The notes beneath the pieces are model-generated. The model was given only the letters and a program-made list of their open reading frames with translations, was not told where the DNA came from and made no database searches. A DNA stretch of 64,000 bases from Sphyrna mokarran (lineage: Eukaryota): NCBI GenBank assembly GCA_024679065.1, contig JAGIQG010000014.1, positions 6,386,001-6,450,000 on the forward strand. The letters are read 5' to 3'. Shown one piece after another: positions 20,835-34,379 of the stretch (the first letter of the stretch is position 1; each line of letters starts with the position of its first letter). A program made the translations under genes and the position numbers.

Positions 20835-22689
20835 GTCTCTTCCTTGGACACAGGCGAGGTCCCAGAGGACTGGAGGATAGCAAATGTAGTACTGTTGTTT
20901 AAAAAAGGTCAGAGGGATAACCCAGGGAACTATAGGCCGGTGAGCTTGACTTCAGTTATAGGTAAGCTAATGGAGGGGATCCTCAGGGACAGGATGTATG
21001 AGCATCTGGAGCGCTGCGATCTGATCAGGGATACGCAGCATGGCTTCGTCAAGGGGAAGTCTTGTCTTACAAATCTAGTGGAATTTTTTTGAAGAAGTGA
21101 CAAAAACAGTTGATGAAGGACAGGCTGTTGATGTCGTCTACATGGATTTCAGTAAGGCGTTTGACAAGGTTCCTCATGGTAGACTGATAGAGAAGGTGAA
21201 GGCGCATGGGATATAGGGCCGGGTATGTAGATGGGTCGAGAACTGGCTCGGGAGGAGGAGACAGAGGGTAGTAGTGGAAGGCTCTTTTTCCGACTGGAAG
21301 CCTGTCACTATTGGAGTGCCACAAGGCTCAGTACTAGGTTCTCTTCTATTTGTGGTCTACATAAAAGACTTGGAAGTTGGGGTAGGTGGTGAGATCAGCA
21401 AATTTGCTGATGACACTAAGATGCTTGGATTGGCGGGTACAGAGGAGCAGTGCCAAGCAATACAACAGGACATAGATAGGTTGGTAGACTGGGCAGATAG
21501 ATGGCAAATGGAATTTAATCCGGATAAATGCAAGGTGATGCATTTTGGCCGGAAAAATGTAGAAGAGAGTTATAGGATAAAAGGTAAAACTATTCGAAGT
21601 ATAGAGACGCAGAGAGACTTGGGGGTGCAGGTTCACATGTCTTTGAAGGTGTCTTCACAGGTGGAGAAGGTGATAAAGAAAGCGTATAGTATGTTAGCTT
21701 TCATTGAAAAGGGTATAGAATACAAGTGTAGGAGTTTGATGTTGCAATTGTATAGAACGTTGGTTAGGCCTCATTTGGAATACTGCGTCCAGTTCTGGTC
21801 GCCGTACTATCGGAAGGATGTGTAGTCCTTGGAGAGAGTGCAGAGGAGGTTTACCAGGATGCTGCCTGGTATGGAAGGACTGTCTTATGAGGAACGATTA
21901 AATAGACTGGGGTTGTTTTCCCTTAAAAGACGTCGGCTTAGAGGGGATCTAATAGAGGTGTATAAGATTATAAGGGGTATAGATAGAGTAAATGGTGGTA
22001 AACTTTTTCCATCTTCAGAAATGGATAGGACGAGGGGTCATGGCCTTAGGGTGAGGGGTGCTATGTATAAGACGAATATTAGAGGGCAGTTTTTCACACA
22101 AAGGGTAGTGGGGGTGTGGAATGCACTGCCGAGTAAGGTGGTGGGAGCAGGCACGCTAGGGCTGTTTAAAGGTCTCTTGGACAGCCACATGAGTGGTATG
22201 CAGATAGAGGGATATAGTAGGACTGTTTAACTATGGCTTTTTTTCCACAGGTAATTCGGTCCATACTTGACCATCAAGGAGCATGCATTTGGCAGGTGGT
22301 GCGAGGACAGCTCTTGGATGTTGATTCATGGGTTGCCTGGTGCTTCATGTCGTAAATTAGTGCTTTATCTGGACCATCTGAAGGGCACCATGACAGCTCA
22401 GTGACTATCGCTGTAGCTGTGCAGACACTTGGAATTGGGCCGGTCTCTGCGGGAGTTTGCGCGTTCTCCCTGTGGTTGCGTGGGTTTTCTCCGGGCGCTC
22501 CGGTTTCCTCCCACATCCCAAAAATTCGCTCTTAGGCTGATTGGGAAACAAATTGTCCCTACATTGAGACTCTTCCATAGTAGGAATAACCTATAATTAG
22601 GATAGGATAATGTACTATATAGTTACGACGGCGGCGCGGGCTCGTTGGACCGAAGGGCCTGTTTCCCGTGCTGTGTTGCTCTAAAAAAA
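20835..22689 (+). mobile_element. Duplicated, further 5'-truncated copy of the 8382-11372 CR1
   Basis: RT motifs, a +1 frameshift in a T run near 21085, the shared TAG at 21823, and the same 3' UTR and right TSD. Confidence 0.9.
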
Positions 22690-25600
22690 AGATGTGAAAC
22701 GTGTGTGAAAAAATAACAATACTTTTGAGCTATGTAGCCAACAACGCTGCAGTGGCGTAAAATATTTTGCAGCTACAATCCCATATTTTTGATTGTGTGG
22801 AGGTAATAATGTTTGGAATTTATTACAAATTTTGTGGTTTACAGTGTGAAAGTTGGTACTGGTCAGAGCCTTGATGATGCCATGGAGACGGGAGGAATCT
22901 ATCCAGATTTAGAGGAGACTGAACTGTGAATTGTTCATCCCATGTTCCAATCTCTTTTTGACTTGAAACTGCAACGCTGCAATAAATCCAGCTCTGTAAG
23001 TGTCCAGCCCTTGAACTGTTGAAATAATATGTTTTTTTTCGTTTTCCATTCATCGGTGGAATGTATTGCACTCAGGCCTGGAACAAGCAAATTTAAAACT
23101 TTTGTCAAGAGTTTTGAATATCAGGTGGCCCGCTCGTGCATAGGTCGTTTTGACTTTGAAAATGAGCTTTGTTAATATGAAAGAAGTCTTTTCAAACAAA
23201 CCAAATTAAAACGAACAACAAGAAATGAGAACAAAACAGCACAGGAAACAGGCCCTTCGGCCCAACAAGCCCGCGCCGCCACCCGATGTTCCCACCTCTA
23301 CCCGCGATCCCTGTCCATGTTTATAGATCTATGGATTAAAAACCAAATTTGAGACAATTTAGTATTGTCATGCGTGTTCAAAATAATTACAACTCAATGG
23401 AAGCAGAGGTAAACTAACGTTAGCAAAAATAAAATCATGACTTTTGGATGATGAAAAGCTCGCAAGACACAGGAAGTCAGTTTTTTGATGAAACTAGAAA
23501 CAATGGCACCTTTTTCAGAACGGAAATAAAAGATCATCATTGAGACTATCAATGTTACTTGTGACCAAAGAATAATGAAATTGCAGAATAGAATGAACCC
23601 CTGAAGAAAACTGTAGACTTATCTTTGTGCATTTCGACTGATGTTGGATGAGAATACCAAAGGCTACTGAAGTGAGACCGCAGTATAGAATATTCTTCCT
23701 GGCATCCTCAGATGAAGTAAGTGTCGATTTCAATTCAGCAATTGCAGGCATGATTTTTGGAAGTAACTAAAAAAGCATGAAAGCAGTTCATCAGAAATAA
23801 ACTTGCATACTATTGTGAACTGTGCTTTTCTGTCCTCTGGATGATGGAGGACGGGGCATGACGTCATTGGCATGATGGGCATGATGTAATTGAGGCGGGG
23901 TTGGAGGCTGATATCAAGGTGAGTAATCCTTTTTATTCAGTTATGGGATGGGGACACCGCTGGTAGAAGTCATAATTCACTATTAATCCCAAATCGTCCT
24001 TAAGAGAGCAGGTAGAGTCAAATAGGTTGCTGTATACCTGGACTGGCATGCAGACGACAGTAGGTGAGGATGGAATGTTTCCTTCCCCATTGGCGTAAGT
24101 GAAACCGACAAGTATTTATGAAAATTCATTCATGGTGACCACAGGATTTTTGTAAATGATGATTTGTAATTCTGCACCCTGATGACAATTCACACCCGGA
24201 ACTCCACAATATACATTTTATATTAGAATTTTACAATTGGGTTTCAATGCTTCGAAGCCAACTACCTTTGCTGCCTCAACAAAGGTCACAGAATCAATAC
24301 ACAGATCAAATTCTCAGACACACAGATACTCAGAAGATCCAGTCTGGTCAGGATTTTCTCAATGTCATTTAGGAAAACTATGCTGGTGAGTTGATGCAAT
24401 CGCCAGAATGCCAGACAACTGATTTCATCTCAAATCAGCGGCGCACAAAAGAAATGTTTCAAGGGAACTTTTCAAGTTATCATCCAAGACAACAAAAATT
24501 TGCACAAATTAAATACTGGCCAAGTGATCAGAGGAGACTTCTGCAAAAGCAATTTCAATGGGTGAAATATCGTGTCCACACGGCAAGAAACTATTTTCAT
24601 CGCTTATTGATTGACTGAGATCTCAAATAGGTAAAATATATCAACGCATATATCTGAAATTTTCTTTGCAGCTCGGTTGCATTGAGGTCAATCGCCAGCA
24701 GTAGAGTGATGCAACGTGTCCATCAAGCTGTGTCAAGCTCTCGGTCCGCCTTGTATAACAGAGGGAATACACGCGATGTGCCGTGAGAGGGCTGTTCTTG
24801 GATTTTTCAAGAGTAGCCTGTTGCTTCACATTGTTAGTATACGCTTGACCTGGGCCAGTTGATGGGCAACACGACAGCTGACTATTGCTGTGCTGTGCAG
24901 ATACATGGATTTGGGCCCGTGTCTGTGGGAGTGTACGCATTTTCCCCGTGCTTGCGTGGGTTTTCTCCGGGTGCTCCCAAAGATCCCAAAGATGTGTTCT
25001 TAGGCTGATTGGCAGAACAAATTCTCCTAAATTGTCTCAAATTTGGTTCTAATGCATAGATGTATAAAAATTGACAGGGATCATGGGTAGAAGTTGGAAC
25101 ATCGAGGTTGCAGAGCGGGCTCGTTGGGCCAAGGGCCTGTTTCCCGTGCTGTTTCGTGTTTTGTTCTTTGTTCTTTGTCACTCACTGCTCACTGATTCAG
25201 CAAACTGATTGCGAGCAGGTCATTTTTGCAATGTCTTTTCTCTGCCGAGATAAATTATTGAATATCAGTGAGCGTCTCAACAGTTGGCATGGCGTGTGAG
25301 CCGCGGTTCAGCTCAGAAGAATGTGACACCTGAAGTTTAAATTCCCTCCCAACATTAACGGAGATTAGGCTGAAACTCTTCCCTTCCGACAGTTCATAGA
25401 TCTGTATGCGAATTATTTGCAGTGACAATCTGTATTCTTACTTCTTTAAGATGACAATACCTCGAAATGCGGCCTCTCCGGAAAGCAACAATCACTGGAG
25501 TGTATTTCAAGGAAAACGAAAACCTGTTCAGGAGGCTGCTGCTCTCCTCAGGGTTGCAAATCAGTTCTGTTGTTTCCCTTTCTGTGCCCGACAGCTCCCT

Positions 25601-27504
25601 TCCGCTGATGATAAACGTTAGAATCCCACCTTTTCGAATTAATTTCAATAGCTATTTTCTCATCTTACTGATTTATTTGAAAGACTATTATTATCTACAT
25701 AACGAGTGAATATTACGCTTACCGCCCCGATATTGGACGCAGCTCTTGAAAGTAAACTTAAGACGCTAAGTTCAACGGATTGCCTCACCGTGCCGCCGCG
25801 ATCACTTATACAATTGGTGGGTGCATCACCTGACACAAACCTCGTGGTGGATGGATTGAGTTGTCAAAGCTGCAGCGCAGCAAATTACTATATAGAAATG
25901 AATCATTTGTTTGGTCGCATTCATTTTATTTATTTGTGTGATGTGGGCATCCATGTCCTTTATTTTTCATTTTTCGCTGCTCTTCGGATACGGGTGGTGA
26001 GTTGCTTTCCTGATTCGCTGCTTTCGAAGTTGTAAGTGCACCCACGGTGCTGGTAGAGCAAAAGAGAGTTCCAAGATTTTGACACAATTACAGTGAAGGA
26101 ACAGCGATATATTTTGCACTCTGTTCGTTCAGTGACTTTGTGATAACATTAAGATGGCGGTGTTCCAGATATCTGCTGCCCGTTACTTTTTAGATGATAG
26201 TGGTGGAGTGTTTGTTATAATGCTGTGTAATGTGCCTGGTGAGTTCCTTAAGTGCTGCTCACGGCTGCTATAGAGCGTCTGCGGTAGCGGTAGTTAACAT
26301 TTTGTGGGCCTGTTAGCAATCCGACTGCCTGCTTTGTCCTTCATTGTCTAGAACATCTTGAGGGTCTTTGGAGCTGCCTTCGGGCAGGTAAGTGGAGAGT
26401 ATTCCATCACTCCATCAACTTATAAACAGTGCATAGGATTTTGGGAGACAAGAGGTCTGTTATTCATATTCGCAGCATTCCAAACCGCTGATCTGCTTTT
26501 GTGGACATTATTTATTTGCTAAAATTAGCCAAATAAAGCGCATGCTAAAATCTGAAATAAAAGTAGGGAATGCTAGAAAAAGCGCCGACTATTTTCCTCC
26601 CGACTGAAGCTGTCAGCCGTGCTGAGATTTTCTCAACTTTTTTTTTCATAGGGCTCGCACAGTTCAGGTATTGTTTATGGTTGATACTAATAGTTGCGGA
26701 CTCAATGATGGTATCGAATGTCAAGGGGAAGTGGTTAGATTATGTATTGGTGTAAGCGGCCATTCCCTGAGATTTGCGTGACACAGCCATTATTCCCACT
26801 CGTGAGCCCAATCTGGATTTTGTCCAGATCTTCCTGCATTTAGACACGGGCTGCTTCGGTATCTGAAGATTCACATGTGATACATTGTGTAGCCATCAAT
26901 GATCATTCTCAATTATGACGTTATATTGGAGTAATATAGAAGAAGATGAAGACGTTTGGGACGAGGACACTCACTGAGGAAATGACAAAATGTACAATTT
27001 ATTGAGCAAACCGGAATTTCCTTCCTGAGGATTTCCCTTAGGGCACGCGGCATGAAGTTTGATTTCGACTTAGGGTGAATCGAGTCTCGGGCGAGTGGCA
27101 GGGGTGATGCTAAATGTAATTAAATCGATATAGATGCGAGGAAGCTGATCCCAGATCACCCGGTTTATACAAGTCTCCGAAATCATAACTGATGCCATTT
27201 AAGACTCGGGTTCTTTAGTTGTCGATGGTGCTGAGGAGAGCTTTCCATTAACATTCTGTAGACTGAATCTCGCGACCCTCCCCTCAACATGTAGAAAAGA
27301 TTATACGTCTGTGACTGCGACTGGGAGAACATCGCAGGTGCTTAAATATTGATATTTCAATGCATATATCACCTCTGCTGTCTTGTGCAATAGACTGAGT
27401 CCATGTGTATAACTGAGCAAAAGTGCATCCAAACATTTCACGAAAGTATACTGAGTGTAACCAAACTGTTTCCATGACTTGGTTTTTCTCCTTTGTTTTT
27501 ATAG

Positions 27505-28433
27505 CGAATCTCGTGACCATCGTGATCCTCGCCAAAGGAAATTGCGGCCTTTCCAGATGTGTCTTTATCTACATGGTGGCCATGGCAACAGCAGATTTGT
27601 TAGTAATGCTTATCAATGTAATTTTATATAACGTTTTGACAAAACGTTTTCCAAATTCATTCCTCTACTACACTGTTGTTTGCAAATTAATTATATATAT
27701 GCTTTGCAATAACTTCTATATGTCAGTATGGTTTACAGTTTCATTCACGTTTGACCGATATATTGCTATATGTAGTCAGAAGTTTAAAACAATCTATTGC
27801 ACCGCGAGAACGGCGGCTGCAGTTTTAACAACATCCTCAGTCCTTATTTATTTGCAGAACGTGTACGTTTGGTTTGCATATGAACATGGAAGCACAAGAA
27901 ATGGTGTTCAATGGGGTGTCATCCCTAGGCAGGATTTTTATACTTCTCAAATTCGTGATGCATTTGTCTTGTTACAAAGCATCTTATTGAACTGGATTCC
28001 GTTCATTTTGATATTACTGTTTAATTTTTTGACAGTCAGAAGGATTTTGTTGTCCAGCAAAGCTCGTGCCGGCCTGCGGGGTTAAAACAGTGAGAATCAG
28101 AATGATCCAGAGATACAGAACCGAAGGAAGTCCATTATTTTATTATTCACTATTTCTAGTAGCTTTATATTGTTGTGGGCGACAAGAGTCATTAGTTATC
28201 TAGCCAGTCGGATGCTTGTTTATATCCGGCCGGATTATACATCTGCTGCAAATATCGCCACCGAAACCGGAACACTGCTCATTCATTTAAGTTCATGCAA
28301 GAACACGTGCATTTACGCAGCTACACAAGCTAAATTCAGGGAAGAGCTGAAGAAGGTCGTGAAATTTCCTTGGACCATAATTCTGATGTTGCAAAAATAT
28401 GCGAAATTAAACCTAGTCTTCCTGTTCAGGTAG
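27505..28433 (+). pseudogene. gpr139-like: GPR139-like GPCR pseudogene, copy 3 (identical translation to copy 2)
   Basis: TAA at 28083-28085 and exon-1 deletion junction at 24741|24742. Confidence 0.9.
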
Positions 28434-28659
28434 TAGCGAAGTACATGTTTGAATGCCGGCCTTCCTGCTACAAAAATATAACGTGTTTCTTTAAATAAGG
28501 GACTTTAGAAGGACTGGGCCATGCTTTGTTGTATCTTCTGATGCCTACTGCTATTCGTCAGTAAGTTTTGGTGTTTCCTTCTGTAGCGGCTTACTCCAAT
28601 CAGTGTGCAATCAGGGAAAATACGAATGTTATCATTCAACAGTGGAGTAAAATGGGTTC

Positions 28660-31600
28660 GCATCAGTCCTAACTACTGTACAGTATATGCAAAATCTTCC
28701 ACCGCATGTTCTACGATACATCGCAGATACTGCCTTGCAGCGCATCTATTGCCTTACATTCTAAGTGCTATCTTAAACTATAGGAACTGCGTTGCACCGT
28801 AGCTACTGTCTACACCGCAGATACTGACTACACTACAGGTGCAACATTACACAGTACGTATTGCTCACACCACAGGGGCTATCTTATACTTTCTCCGCAG
28901 GCTCACCGCAGACACACCCTTAAACCTGATGAACCACCTTCCAGCACAGGTGATTTATTGCATGAGATGAATCGTCCTGCACTGCAGGCACTATCTTGAA
29001 TCACACTACTGCTTTATGCTGCGACTTCTGCCTGATACCGCAGCACTACCTTACACGTCACTGCCTTACATCGCAGGCAATGCATACACCACAGTTTCTC
29101 CCTTAAACCACAGTGGCGGCCTTGTACCACGGACTGCCGTACAACACAGGTACCACATTTCACCGCAGGTATTACCTTGAACCGCGGACTCTGCATTACA
29201 CCACAGATGCGGCCTTGCACCAAAGATAATGTTTCACACTTGTACCTGTTTCACACAACAGGTACAACATGTACAGCGCAGGCAACTGCTTACCCAGCAG
29301 CTTGTGCCGGAAACCGTACTACATTACATTTCAAACTCTGTCTCACACCACAGCTTTTGTCATACGCACAGGCTATCCAAAGCAGCACAGCTACTGCCAT
29401 TCCTCTCATGTTCTTCCTTATACAACGAATGTGTCTTACACCGATTGTTTTGCCTTACACCGCAGGTACGACCTTGAACCACTGATACCGCAAAGTACAA
29501 CAGTTTTTACACCGAGGCTACTACCTTGCAAAAAACGATACCGCCTTACGCCTGGAATTTTATTGCACAACAGATACTGCCTTGCACTACAGCTAATGAT
29601 TTGCACAACAGGTGTTGCAGCTACTGCCTTATGCCACAGGTTCTGCCTTACACTGCAGGTACTCACTGACTCTAAAGGAACTAACTCACACTGCATGCGT
29701 TGCTTAAATCCGCAGTGTCTATGTAAACCATAGGTACTACCCTGAACTTCAGAAGCTGCAGTTACACAACAGGATCTAAACTGAAGCTACTTTCTTAAAC
29801 CATACATATCACCTTTCATTTTAGGTGCTGCGGTCTACCACAAATATTTTTGATTTACTCTCCACTACAGCAATGGCATGCCTTCCACCATAAGTATGCC
29901 TTCAGCGTAGTGGCTGCCTTCATTGTAAGTACTGCCCTCCACCAAACATGTACTACTTCATACCGCAAGTACTACCTTTCAAAGCGTATATTGTCTTTAC
30001 TCCAGGAACTGCATTACAGTGCAAGAACGACACCAATGATACTACCTTGCACCGCGGGGAATGACTTCATCTCAGACACTTCCTTACACAAGGGTACTGT
30101 CGTCACCAGCACACAGGTACTGTGGAGGCCTTACTCCACAGCTTTTTCCTTTCACGACAATTACTTCCATAGGCTGCAGGTACTTTCTTCACTACGGGAA
30201 TTGGTTTGCAGCACAGTTATTGCCTTACACCTCAGTTGCTTTCTATACCACAGCTGATGTTTTAAACCACAGATGTTTCCTTACATCATAAACGCTGTCT
30301 TACGCTGAATCTACTTCCTTACAACATAGCTACTGCTTTACACCATAGGTAATGCCCTGCACTGCAAGCACAACATAGCTCCACAGCTACTGCCTTTCAC
30401 CATAGATACTCCCTTACAAAGCGGTTACTGTCTTATACCGCAGCTGCTACCTTAAACCACAAGTTTTGTGTTCTGCTACCGATACACTTTGCACCTCAAG
30501 GAACGTTTAATAATGCATAAGAGACGCTATTGTGCTTTAAAAAATGCAATTTAATCATGTTCTCTGCAGTAATAAGCTGGCATTGAGCCGCCTCCTAAAT
30601 GTCATTTAATTGTTCCTTAAGTTATTAAATTGTTTATTTATTTATTTTCAATCTAGGCCTAATGCATTCTCATGGAGGTTATGGCAATTTTGGAATTATT
30701 GGGGGCAGATTTTTGACAGGATAAGCGGAAGAGTTTTATTTTTTCCTCGCAGGAATTCTTTCACTTTCTGTTTCGCTTGCTGTTTTGTTAGAAATTGTCT
30801 GGACTCCAGGCTGGATGCAGTGTTTTGTCCGTACCTGGTATTAAAAATTCTGCTGGCTAGTGGAAATAGACTTTCGTACTTTTCAGCATGAACATCGTGC
30901 TGTTCGTGTTTCATTAGCTGGAGGAAAGCAGTGGCACTATATCCACCTCGAGTGTGGGAGTCTCCGAATGCAGAAGGCATTATTTCATTTCCCCATCCAA
31001 AGGAGTAACAACCACACGTGTAGCAGAGCTGAAATATCATTCAGCATTTATATTTTCTGTGTTAAATCGAAATTAGGTGCATATTTTGGTAAGTATGTTG
31101 TGTTGGTACGCACATTATGCTGTGAAGTTTGACAAATCATGGTTGTTTCTGTTAGTGTTTGCGATTCGTGAAAGTTACTGCTAATTTTCTTTCTGTTAAC
31201 TGTATTTTGGAATTAAATTTGTGTGATAAAAGCTCACCGGTCTGTCGTTTAATTCATATCTGAAGTCATCTCATGGCTATCCGCACCAAATTCAAAATGC
31301 AAACATAAGGTTTTGTGACTTCATAAAACACATGAAATATCTGACCTGGATTGTACCCAGGCAAGTAGTGCCTTACACCGCAGTTTTTGGGTTACAAAGA
31401 CAGATGCTGTCTTATGCACGAGATACTTGCTTACATCATAGCTTCTGCCTTACACTACTGGAGCTTATGCCAGCGCAGGAAGTGATCGCACCGAAGGTAT
31501 TGTATTGCACTATACTCACATCCTTACACTGCACGCACTGCTTTACACCACAGGTATACCTTGCAAATGCAAATGCTGTCTTCACTGTACAACATTCCTT

Positions 31601-32175
31601 ACAGAGCAGTAACGATGTCACATAGATGGTACTGTCTTACACGGTCGGACGATACCTCACCCCATAGACACTGCCTTCACCGGAGGAACTGCCTCGTCTT
31701 CAGAAATTGCAGATACTGCTCTGTTTCAAAGGTTTATATAACTGGTGCCGCCAACTACAGATATGCAGCCTTGCGCCACAGATATATCTAAAACCGCAGG
31801 AAGTATCTTACACCACATGTTCCATTTTGGACCACAGATACTGCCTTACATCACAGATGCTGCCTTGCACGAAAGTTAATACCTTACACCACAGTTCTGC
31901 GTTGCACATCATTTATCCCCTGAAACTGCTGGGTCAGACTTAAATCACATATGCTTTAACTGGTTATGCCTTACACCACAGCTACAGCATTGCAGCACAA
32001 GTACTACCGAACACTGCGGTTTCCTCTGAAACTGTAGCAATTGTTTCAGACCTGATACTGCTTTATTGTGTGGATTGACTTACACTACAGTTGCTGTGTA
32101 ACACAGAGTTAGTGCCTTCCACTACAACTGCCGCGTTCGAACACGGGCAGCATCAGACCACAGATACTTGCACAC
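28660..32175 (+). repeat. 19-bp minisatellite, unit 3 (interrupted ~30510-31360)
   Basis: Duplicate of the unit 2 array. Confidence 0.8.
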
Positions 32176-34277
32176 GGCAGATGCCACCTGATGATTCTTG
32201 TGGCATAATGTCATTTCCTAATTCAATGCCAAATGTAAGAGCTTAAAATGAATATAATCTTTCCGCTCTTTGTCATTTGTCTCCGATCCATCAGTTCATC
32301 CAAGTAGTCTGCGTTTATCCTTTTGTAGTTCTGCTCGTATGCATCATCTGATCAGAATTCGTCAACATGCATTGACCTGAAAACAATTCAGAATCTGCAG
32401 AATGTCAATAGGCGCAGTTTACTCAGATGATTAATCGCTTGGCCCTGGAGATTACATTGTTTTTGCATTCCTGAGCAGCGCACAATAGCTGATATATTTT
32501 GGCAGCTGCAGCAATGAAAGGTGAAATGCAGGATAGATACCAGTCAAACTTCTTCAACCCCTCCATTTGGAACAGTTTGTCAGAAAATAAACGAATGTTT
32601 CCTGTTCAGTATCGTGCACAGGCTGACCTTCACTGCGGCTGTGCATGTTAAATTACTGAACTATTCAAATAACAATCAAGATGTAATTTAGGCATAAACA
32701 ATTGCCCCCAAACACGCTCCGTCATGTGGGCAATATCGCTGCAAGAAATTATTAATATGAGGAAGCGAGTGAGTACATACGCCAAACCCAACCGGGAGAC
32801 TCAGGTCTTATATACATATGATGGTAAATTGAATAAACGAAGGTCAGCAGTTTTTTATCCATTTGTGCGCTGGGGGAGCTGTTGGCCTTGGATGCAATTT
32901 ACTGTTCATCTCAAATGACCCCTGAGAGAACATTTAGCAGTCAATTAGATTCTTCTGTGGTTCGGGAAAGGAAAAAAAAACTGACCTGAAATATGTGTGC
33001 TTCTTCCATTCGCTTCAACAGAAGCAGATAATAGTGCAAATAAACAGGCATAAATCCTCAACTATCACTTTTCCTTCAGGAAGAGAAGTTCGCGCTGTCT
33101 CATCACAGTCATTTCAGCAGAGCGCTCCAATCCTGAAAGCGATTAAATCAAGGCACCCAAAGGTTTGAACATGGCGCCTTTACAGTGCACAATTGGATTT
33201 CCGTATCGATAAGACGCGTATGTGCGATACAGAATCTCCGTACGGCGTGATTCTGTACGGACGTTATGACCCAATAACTTGCTCATTTTTTGTGGTTTCC
33301 TGAGATTGAAAGCAGCGCCCGTGCACTGAGTAGCACATTGAACCCCCAGGCTACATGTTTTATGTCCAATTTGAAGCAGCCTGGCTAAAGGCATCATTCC
33401 CGCTTTTATTTTCATATTCCGATCTTTGGTAGTTTATCCTCTCCAGCGCATTTCCCTCACATACAGACAGGCTTCATTTTAGAAGTCGTCTGACTTTCAC
33501 CTTGCTAGTAGCGTGTGATGTGACAACTGCTGTCACCCATTGTCTGCACTGCTTCTTCAGCGGATTTGAAAGATTGCGTTTTTTGCGGAATCAAAAAAAC
33601 AGAGACGGATTGTGCGTGTCAGAAAGGGTTTTATTTGGTGTACGATGGGGTTGAATGTCAATGCAGTAAACTGTGCTCTAAATTGTGTGAATCATAAAAG
33701 CTAGATTTGTAAGTCGGGAGATAAATCCGAGTCTTAATCAAAGAAATTTCACTATTTATCTCTCCCGAGTCTTTCCTATCTCACGTACGGTAACATAAAT
33801 TGTTGCATCTTTTCACACATTTTTCGCTGAACCATTCAACATGTTGATTGTGCATTTGCAAAAGACTCCAACAAAAACAAAATAATAAGTATGAACCTGC
33901 TGTAGCAAATAACGGATCAAAAAAGATGTGCAGTGGTAGATGACAGCTAACAGAGATTTCCCAAATTCATCACGGAACGCAAACCAAAGGGAATTTTGAT
34001 GATAGCATTAACGTTCATTTTAGCAGTGCAGTGCAATGTAAGAAATTGTGTGAATCGGAAGAAAGGTTGGAACTTTATGAAAGCAAAATGTAAGAACATA
34101 GGAGAGATGTATTTGCGGGGGAGGTGCAACATTGGAACCAAACTGATTCAAAAAGGCAGGATAACGAACAAATTTGGTACCAACAGACTATGGGCCTCCA
34201 GAAGTTTTATACAGCATTTCCTGTCTTTTTCGATGTCGCTGTTTTGATTTGACGCCATGCTTCGAACAAATTCAAAA

Positions 34278-34351
34278 AGGCACGGCCGAGATTTGAACTC
34301 AGGGTACCCTGTTTACTCGGCAAGCGCTTTGACCAACTAAGCAATTTGCAG
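34278..34351 (-). pseudogene. tRNA-Thr(AGT) pseudogene
   Basis: gcttagttggtcaaagcgcttgccgAGTaaacagggtaccctgagttcaaatctcggccgtgcct plus a T run. The T arm can pair, but U33 is changed to G and the acceptor stem is broken. Confidence 0.8.
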
Positions 34352-34379
34352 TTGCGGTTGCGACAGAAAACGTCGGACT

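Larger units (their letters stand above)
20835..32150 (+). repeat. Tandem duplicate (~11.3 kb) of 9512-20833
   Basis: Junction acacgggca-a-gtctcttcc at 20833-20835 fuses the minisatellite end to CR1 position 9512. ORF-track translations repeat at offsets 11324 then 11317. Confidence 0.92.
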
